This document shows positions 58,902 to 64,000 of a stretch of 64,000 nucleotides of DNA, piece after piece. Positions within the stretch are counted from its first letter, which is position 1. Each line of letters starts with the position of its first letter. The stretch covers positions 60,025-124,024 of the forward strand of contig CAZOVK010000001.1 in NCBI GenBank assembly GCA_964583165.1. Direction: 5' to 3'. Source of the DNA: an uncultured Defluviitaleaceae bacterium (GTDB taxonomy: Bacteria > Bacillota > Clostridia > Lachnospirales > WRAX01). Below the pieces are notes generated by a model. It saw only the letters and a list, made by a program, of their open reading frames with translations, did not search any database and was not told the origin of the DNA. The position numbers and the translations under genes are program-made.

Positions 58902-58931
58902 AGCCCCAGAGAATAAAATTTCTCTCGGGCT
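58902..58931. other. 12-bp imperfect hairpin in the divergent intergenic region
   Basis: AGCCCCAGAGAA-taaaat-TTCTCTCGGGCT (11 of 12 paired). There is no clear T tail on either strand. It lies directly 3' of a 32-codon minus-strand ORF (MDCRKKKFTDEAEMLENQRVVLVQLLSVSLMS). Confidence 0.4.
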
Positions 58932-59095
58932 TTCATGACATTAAACTCACTGAAAGGAGTTGAACCAACACAACCCGCTGATTTTCAAGCATTTCTGCCT
59001 CGTCAGTGAATTTTTTCTTGCGACAATCCATTGTATTATCGAAATGCTTATCTACTCGAGTTGGGATATGATTTATTTATCCTTAACTATAAGAG

Positions 59096-59368
59096 GTGAA
59101 TGCCATTGATGTAAGCGAACTAGATGTGTCATGTTTTAATGGCTGTTACAGAGATTTGGTTGAACTGATTGGGCATGACAATACGCTGATTCTTTACAGA
59201 GCTTATGCGGGTCAGTATGTTTCGTTTCCGAAGAAACTACTGGCAGACAGCTTTGTACATGAGCAGATTATCAAGGAATACAACAGCGTGAATGCCAAAG
59301 AACTAGCCAGAAAGTACGGTTATACATACAGCTGGATTATGAAGCTGATTAAAAAACTAAAAGACTGA
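59096..59368 (+). CDS. Mor-family transcription activator-like protein
   Basis: DLVELIGHDNTLILYRAYAGQYVSFPKK plus the C-terminal HTH-like NAKELARKYGYTYSWIMKLIKK resemble Mu Mor-family proteins. The GTG start has a poor RBS, so the exact start is uncertain. Confidence 0.55.
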   Translation: MNAIDVSELDVSCFNGCYRDLVELIGHDNTLILYRAYAGQYVSFPKKLLADSFVHEQIIKEYNSVNAKELARKYGYTYSWIMKLIKKLKD

Positions 59369-59380
59369 GGAGAGATTGTT

Positions 59381-59734
59381 ATGGCTAACAAGAGCTTTAT
59401 GTTGGCAAAACCCCTTGAAGCCGAAGAAGCCTTTGAGTATTTGAGAGCTAACCTGCGCTCCACAAAGGTTACATCCATTACCTATGACCCCAACATGAAA
59501 CGTGTTGACATAGGTGGGCGTTACCACAACTATCAATTGAGTTTTTATGGCAATCAAGTGACAGTTGCAACAAAGATTGTTCAGAAATGGTCTTACATAA
59601 TCATTGCATGTGCCGTTACTGGGCTGTTCCTCTTTATACCATTCATTATTGCTATAGTGATAGCCTTTATCGCAAACTCCGAGATTTCGGAACTAACTAC
59701 CCTTTTCCAGCAAACCCTCAATATGAAGCAATAG
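59381..59734 (+). CDS. Hypothetical C-terminally membrane-anchored protein
   Basis: Strong RBS GAGGAGAG. A 70-aa polar N-domain precedes a long hydrophobic segment (WSYIIIACAVTGLFLFIPFIIAIVIAFIA). Confidence 0.5.
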   Translation: MANKSFMLAKPLEAEEAFEYLRANLRSTKVTSITYDPNMKRVDIGGRYHNYQLSFYGNQVTVATKIVQKWSYIIIACAVTGLFLFIPFIIAIVIAFIANSEISELTTLFQQTLNMKQ

Positions 59735-59744
59735 GGCGATACAG

Positions 59745-59778
59745 TCTCAACCTCATTGGCGGGGTTGGGACTTTTTTT
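59745..59778 (+). terminator. Intrinsic terminator of the Mor-like operon
   Basis: TCTCAACC / GGTTGGGA 8-bp stem (one G-U pair) with a 10-nt loop, followed by cTTTTTTT. Confidence 0.7.
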
Positions 59779-59968
59779 GAGAAGAATCTAGGTATTCATT
59801 CGCCACTACAAAATCTTGGATATTCAACGGAAATTACAGGTAGTGACGAAGTAACGGGCATTTTTAAACTTTCCCCATTCACATACGCCACCACTCTATT
59901 TTTTATTTTTTTCGTTACTTCAGTACTACTTCACTATTGTACTTTTAGTTACATTCAATATTTGCTTC

Positions 59969-60005
59969 AAAAAAAGATAATGACAGTGGTTAACCTATCA
60001 TTATC
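59969..60005 (-). terminator. Probable terminator of the minus-strand DpnD-DUF1643 operon
   Basis: GATAATGA / TCATTATC 8-bp arms around a 14-nt loop containing GGTTAACC, followed on the minus strand by T7. It begins 16 nt after the last stop codon. Confidence 0.5.
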
Positions 60006-60021
60006 CCTTTTGCAACTTCAA

Positions 60022-60159
60022 TTACTTACGACGAACAGTTTTGCTAGTCTTTGTGGCTGTATAGAGCGTAACCCCTAACAAAGCTCCCTTTGTGAACATC
60101 TCCACAAAACCAACTGTTGCACTAGCTGTTGCCAATGACGCTATCCATACACTTAACAT
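60022..60159 (-). CDS. 45-aa hydrophobic peptide with a basic tail
   Basis: MLSVWIASLATASATVGFVEMFTKGALLGVTLYTATKTSKTVRRK. Its ATG overlaps the stop region of the preceding 30-codon ORF (ATGTTAA). Confidence 0.4.
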   Translation of the reverse strand: MLSVWIASLATASATVGFVEMFTKGALLGVTLYTATKTSKTVRRK

Positions 60160-60245
60160 GAAGCAACAACCCTTGAAGTAAATAGCATATCCATCCCATA
60201 CAATGCCACTAGAGCAAACGCAATACCACACAGAAAATAGACCAT
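60153..60245 (-). CDS. 30-aa hydrophobic peptide
   Basis: MVYFLCGIAFALVALYGMDMLFTSRVVASC. ATG 60245 lies 6 nt after GGGAG. Below the 60-aa cutoff of the ORF track. Confidence 0.4.
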   Translation of the reverse strand: MVYFLCGIAFALVALYGMDMLFTSRVVASC

Positions 60246-60275
60246 TATATCTCCCTCTGGAATGTTAATCACTTT

Positions 60276-60641
60276 CTAATCCCTCAAATCATCTAGCCAA
60301 TGCATAGGGGTTATTGCCATTGGAATGAATACATTTATACCAAACTCGTTGTTTCTTAGAAGTAGTGCGTTTACATATGCCATCTGCTCGCACTCTACAA
60401 TGCTTACATATTCGGGCAAGGCTACATCCAAGCAGACATTCAAAGCAATAGCGTCATCTATATCCCGAACATTTTGTAACACCAATACAAAGCCACCATC
60501 AGCCCTGTCTACATCACGAGTTGAGCCGTAGTTGTCGTCTAGTGCAATTACAATATTCAGAATGACTTGAAAGACTTCATTGGGAATATAGTCCTTGATT
60601 TCTTCAAGTTCAGCAACAGTTCCTACCTTATATATAGCACA
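60276..60641 (-). CDS. Hypothetical ~120-aa protein lacking a canonical start at its 5' end
   Basis: The frame is open from 60641 (..IYKVGTVAELEEIKDYIPNEVFQVILNIVIALDDNYGSTRDVD..), but the first ATG/GTG/TTG is TTG 60485. An RBS-preceded ATG at 60642 is out of frame, just before a (TA)4 tract. Confidence 0.4.
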   Translation of the reverse strand, partial: CAIYKVGTVAELEEIKDYIPNEVFQVILNIVIALDDNYGSTRDVDRADGGFVLVLQNVRDIDDAIALNVCLDVALPEYVSIVECEQMAYVNALLLRNNEFGINVFIPMAITPMHWLDDLRD

Positions 60642-60710
60642 TCACCCAACCTCTCATTGGAAAAGAAGTCCACATCATATTCCTATTACCTTAGAACGAG
60701 GCTATTATTT

Positions 60711-61253
60711 CTAGTTGCCGTTACCTTCGGGAGCTTCTGATTTCTTGTCAAATAGGTATTCTGGCAATACAAACTTTTCTAGCAACCAATGTTCCCGAAT
60801 CTGAGGAGCAAGTGGATGAAAGCCATATTCACCGTTTACGCTCTGAATGTGATACAGCTTGTCGGCAAATGGTTTGAGCTTCTCAATCAAGCTTAGTTGC
60901 ACAAGCCTGACTTTCTTGTTATTCTCGCCGATTTTACCCCATGAGATGATTACCTTTTGGGAGCGTTCGGCTGATTTAAGGATTTGCTCAAGATTGGCGG
61001 AATCTAGTGCAATATCTCCTTTGGTGTCTAGCTTTGCAGAAATCTGGCTTGTCATATTGAGTATATCAACACCGCCTAGCCCTAACTTGGACAAATGATT
61101 GATTATGTACATTGTTGTGTAATCAAGCGCAACTGTATCAGCCATGCTGGGGTTTGTCATAATTATGTTTGCGATGGGCTTCTTATCATCCCACACCTTT
61201 CTGAGCAGATATCTATGTGTTCTGTCGTTACTGAAGATAGCTTCGGTTTTCAA
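60711..61253 (-). CDS. DUF1643-family protein
   Basis: FSNDRTHRYLLRKVW..IIMTNPSMAD..YGFHPL matches the DUF1643 signature (YRY.L.R.W, NPS.AD, HPL) as I recall it. TTG start without a clear RBS, so the start is uncertain. Confidence 0.7.
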   Translation of the reverse strand: MKTEAIFSNDRTHRYLLRKVWDDKKPIANIIMTNPSMADTVALDYTTMYIINHLSKLGLGGVDILNMTSQISAKLDTKGDIALDSANLEQILKSAERSQKVIISWGKIGENNKKVRLVQLSLIEKLKPFADKLYHIQSVNGEYGFHPLAPQIREHWLLEKFVLPEYLFDKKSEAPEGNGN

Positions 61254-61342
61254 AACATTTTTGTCGGTTACTATAGTTCATTCCCCCACTCATTTTGATT
61301 ATTCTTTAGCAAATCCAATTAGCAGATTTGCAAATACATGAA

Positions 61343-61519
61343 TCAGACATCGGCTACTTTTCTTGCATTGAATGTTACGCCTTGAAAGTCGCCACTGTCC
61401 AAAATTACATGCTCATCATGATACTGTTGTTCGGCTATGCGGAGTGCTTCTTCTGTTGATTCAGCTTCAATAACGAGCATTCCGGCAAGTGTTTCTTTAA
61501 TCTCAACCGTAAACTTCAT
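61343..61519 (-). CDS. DpnD/PcfM-like small protein
   Basis: The 58-aa ORF is below the track cutoff: MKFTVEIKETLAGMLVIEAESTEEALRIAEQQYHDEHVILDSGDFQGVTFNARKVADV. AGGAG RBS is present. The pattern (MKF.VEI.E.L...V.VEA...EEA......Y....I.LD..DF) fits DpnD/PcfM. Confidence 0.6.
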   Translation of the reverse strand: MKFTVEIKETLAGMLVIEAESTEEALRIAEQQYHDEHVILDSGDFQGVTFNARKVADV

Positions 61520-61735
61520 TTGAACCTTCTCCTTTCTTGTATGGTTTGGAATCGAAACTTAAAAAAGCTTGACTATCATGCGATTGATTCAAGTAAATAA
61601 TATATTCTTGTGATGTTGTTAGGTACTATTTATATGAACTAATGTGTATATTTGAATGCTATTCCTCAACTATTGATTGTTATTGCAAAACGCATGACTG
61701 GACAGGAATAGGGCGTTATGCGCAATATAATTGCA

Positions 61736-61760
61736 ATATTGACAAAAATATTGTCATTAT
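61736..61760. promoter_or_regulatory. Operator-like inverted repeat in the divergent control region
   Basis: ATATTGACAA-aaata-TTGTCATTAT (9 of 10 symmetric), containing a TTGACA hexamer. An adjacent palindrome GCAAT-ATA-ATTGC (61722-61734) contains TATAAT. Confidence 0.4.
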
Positions 61761-61962
61761 TTCCGATCTACTGTTTATCCTTGTCGCATATAATAGTTAA
61801 GAGATGATTTCGATCCTTGCTAATATCCCGATTTTTCGGTCAGTGCTTTGACAAGAGAATACATCATCAGTGGTTAATATCGCTTTTATATCTAGCACTG
61901 GATTAAGCAGTCAACTTTTATACTATATATAAAACCATATAACAAGAATAGGGGAAAAAATT

Positions 61963-63756
61963 ATGCGTCTAATAATCAACAAGAGCAAACATGTATCGAC
62001 ACAATCTTCTACCACAACAACCGCTTCGACAGCTGGATCTAATGCGATGACTCAGGTTAAGCCCAAGCCATCAACTGGTTTATCGAGAACTTGCTCCAAA
62101 TGTCCAAAGCTCAAGCAGATGCTGGGATTGCAACTGAACAATCAACTTACAAGGCATGATTGGGAATTGGCTGTACGTTTACTTGTTGACAACGGATACA
62201 TTGCTCTTGCACGAGAGTTTTCACGCTTGTCATCAAAACATGACTTTAACAGCGAGAACTGGATTGACAGTTTGTTATCAAGAGATTATATTTACCCAGT
62301 GACTTGTGTTTCTCTAGGTTGTACAAAATTCAATGTGGGGAAATGCTGCGAACAGATTAAGTATAACGAGAGTAAAGCAATTATAAATTCACCAAATGAG
62401 CACATTAGGAGCAAAAGAGACTTTAACAAGACGTAGGCTTTTCATACAATGACAATGGGGTACTGAAGGGTTTGAATGCCAATCAGTTTATACCTCACAT
62501 CTTGGCAAACTTCGATAGTGCAATTAATAACAACAGTGTGTATTATATATATCTGAACGATTGTTGGAGAAGTGAAGAATTAAGCTTTATTCGTAGAATT
62601 CTAATGCGGTTTTTCGATTCGTTTGAGCGTGACCAATGGAACGAGCAGTATGAACGCAAGTACTTGCACCAGTTACCGCTTTGCGCCCCCAAGACAGAGA
62701 ACCTAAGTGACGGCACCAAATATCTTAATCTAACCAATGGACTGTATGATCTTGATAAAATGGCTTTGGTTAAGCATGACAAGGGAATCTTCTCAACCGT
62801 TCACATCCCCATCGCTTACAACAGGAACGCAGAATGTCCTATATTCATGCATTTCTTGGATGATATATTTGAAGGTGATAAGGAACTTATCAAGCTCGTT
62901 CAAGAAATCATGGGGTATTGCTTGTGCCAATCATCACAAGCCCAGAAGTTCTTTATCTTTCTAGGCGGAGGAGCTAACGGCAAGTCGCTATTGTGCAATG
63001 TGATTGCGTCTATGGTCGGTAAAGATAATGTTAGTAGTGTATCTTTGAGACAGCTTAGCGGACAGTTTGACACGTCTGATATGGTGGGGAAACTGGTTAA
63101 CATTTCCACAGAAAACGAGATGAACGGGATGAAAGTCGACACCGAAATTCTCAAAGCTATATCTGCGGGTGACAAAATCAATGTTCAGCGAAAATACAAA
63201 GACGCTTTTACGACTACAATTACCGCTAAACTTATCTTTGCCGTTAACCAGCTCCCAAACTCCCAAGACACCACAGAAGCTTTTTTCCGCAGACTGATTA
63301 TTGTCCCCTTCAACAGAACCTATGTTGAAGAACACGCCAATGAATATCTGGGAAAAATTGACACAACACTAGAACCAAGGATTCTCAAAGAGCGTGAAGG
63401 CATTCTCAATTTCGCGCTTCAAGGTTATGAGAGGTTAAAAGCAAGCGGTTTCTATTTTACTAAAGCTAGCAAGTCACTCGATATTTTAGATGAATACCAA
63501 CAAGCACTGAATCCAATTCAAATGTTTGTTGACGAATGTATAGAGGAGTTCTCAAGACCCCTCGAAAAAAACAGCAATAGGATTGCGTTAGACGAGCTGT
63601 ATGAGTGTTATGGTTGTACCACAGTTCAATTATGAATACAAGCTCTTTGACTCTATTATGTACTTTTCTTTACAAATTAGTTCAAAAACTGGAGATATAT
63701 TGTTATTGTATAATGGAATTGCTATATTATCATGTTACCATTTTACACCTCTTTGA
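61963..63756 (+). pseudogene. Phage/plasmid primase, P4 family (D5-type NTPase), split across three reading frames
   Basis: ORF 62472-63635 has the P4-family C-terminal helicase-primase pattern (Walker A GGGANGKS, VNISTE, FRRLIIVPF). Its frame is open back to 62427 and overlaps ORF 61963-62436 by 10 nt in the -1 frame. A third frame (63592-63756) continues past the 63635 stop. Confidence 0.65.
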
Positions 63757-63849
63757 TCTTACTTCAAGGAAAATCCCTATATATATTAGCAAATTTTATT
63801 TCAACTGTAATGCGTCAAGTGTATTAAGTTTTGACTATATGTTAAAACA

Positions 63850-63875
63850 AGGCAGCCAAAGCCGCCTAGATTTTG
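63850..63875. terminator. Possible bidirectional terminator hairpin
   Basis: AGGCAGC-caaa-GCCGCCT (one mismatch), followed by agaTTTT on the plus strand and TTGTTTT on the minus strand. Confidence 0.45.
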
Positions 63876-64000
63876 GGTATATCATAGAGTATGGCAATCT
63901 GGCTATGCAATCGATGCATGCTAGATTATGTATCGCAGGTAATTACGTTTTGAATTGTCCGATAATATGCGCGTCAACTCTATAGTATCTGTCAAAAATA

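Noticed and set aside
59587-60078. 163-aa plus-strand ORF.
   Set aside because: The first third overlaps the RBS-supported 59381-59734 gene in another frame. The remainder runs through two terminator hairpins, and the translation is Leu/Phe/Tyr-rich as expected for AT-rich non-coding DNA.
63605-63985. 126-aa plus-strand ORF at the right edge.
   Set aside because: It starts inside the primase 3' end, crosses a terminator-like hairpin and has an implausible Cys/Tyr/Leu-rich sequence. It is more likely non-coding. Part of the region (63592-63756) is better explained by a different frame, as the displaced primase C-terminus.
63921-64000. Possible 3' end of a minus-strand gene entering from the right (..FLTDTIELTRILSDNSKRNYLRYII stop).
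   Set aside because: Only 26 codons are visible. That is too short to call or assign.
1-64000. Searched for CRISPR arrays, rRNA and tRNA genes, and long direct or inverted repeats bounding the island.
   Set aside because: No regularly spaced repeats, no rRNA-like or complete tRNA-like sequences, and no boundary repeats were seen by eye. The island's right end is outside the window, so att repeats cannot be assessed.

Overview
64 kb chromosomal segment from a Firmicutes, Clostridia-like organism, judged from gene content and order. All calls come from reading the ORF translations and the DNA by eye; no homology search was run, so family names are motif recognition from memory. Positions 1 to about 54.3 kb are a densely packed, GC-rich core (single 60-nt lines count about 50-60% GC) of intact housekeeping operons: floA-nfeD, a sialic-acid-type synthase/cytidylyltransferase pair, miaB-mutS-(methyltransferase)-mutL-miaA, gpmI, sbcDC, nagB, purC, tig-clpP-clpX, glsA, rsmB-rlmN-stp-pknB-rsgA-rpe, asp23-DAK2, rarA, tilS/hpt-ftsH, a catalytically degenerate xerD-like gene overlapping ruvAB, CBS-type ppaC, rhomboid and hflKC. 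No rRNA, tRNA or CRISPR array was seen. After the hflC terminator (about 54.3 kb), and sharply from about 55.5 kb to the window end, GC falls (about 37% in a spot count) and the content switches to a decayed mobile element. It carries a serine-recombinase C-terminal remnant, a P4-type primase split over three frames, a Mor-like activator, DpnD/PcfM-like and DUF1643-like genes, small hydrophobic peptides and orphan membrane proteins. The most interesting cargo is a two-gene minus-strand module (56971-58708) behind a near-consensus promoter. It encodes a soluble ~290-320 aa protein that looks like KwaB/DUF4868, followed by a 199-aa four-TM protein. This is a Kiwa-like defence candidate with inverted gene order and an atypical membrane partner. 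The soluble gene contains an in-frame A_AAA_AAG heptamer whose -1 frame adds 40 protein-like codons ending in a TGA that overlaps the start of the membrane gene. Several other island genes also show frame or start defects at short A/T repeats, so decay or sequencing error must be excluded first.
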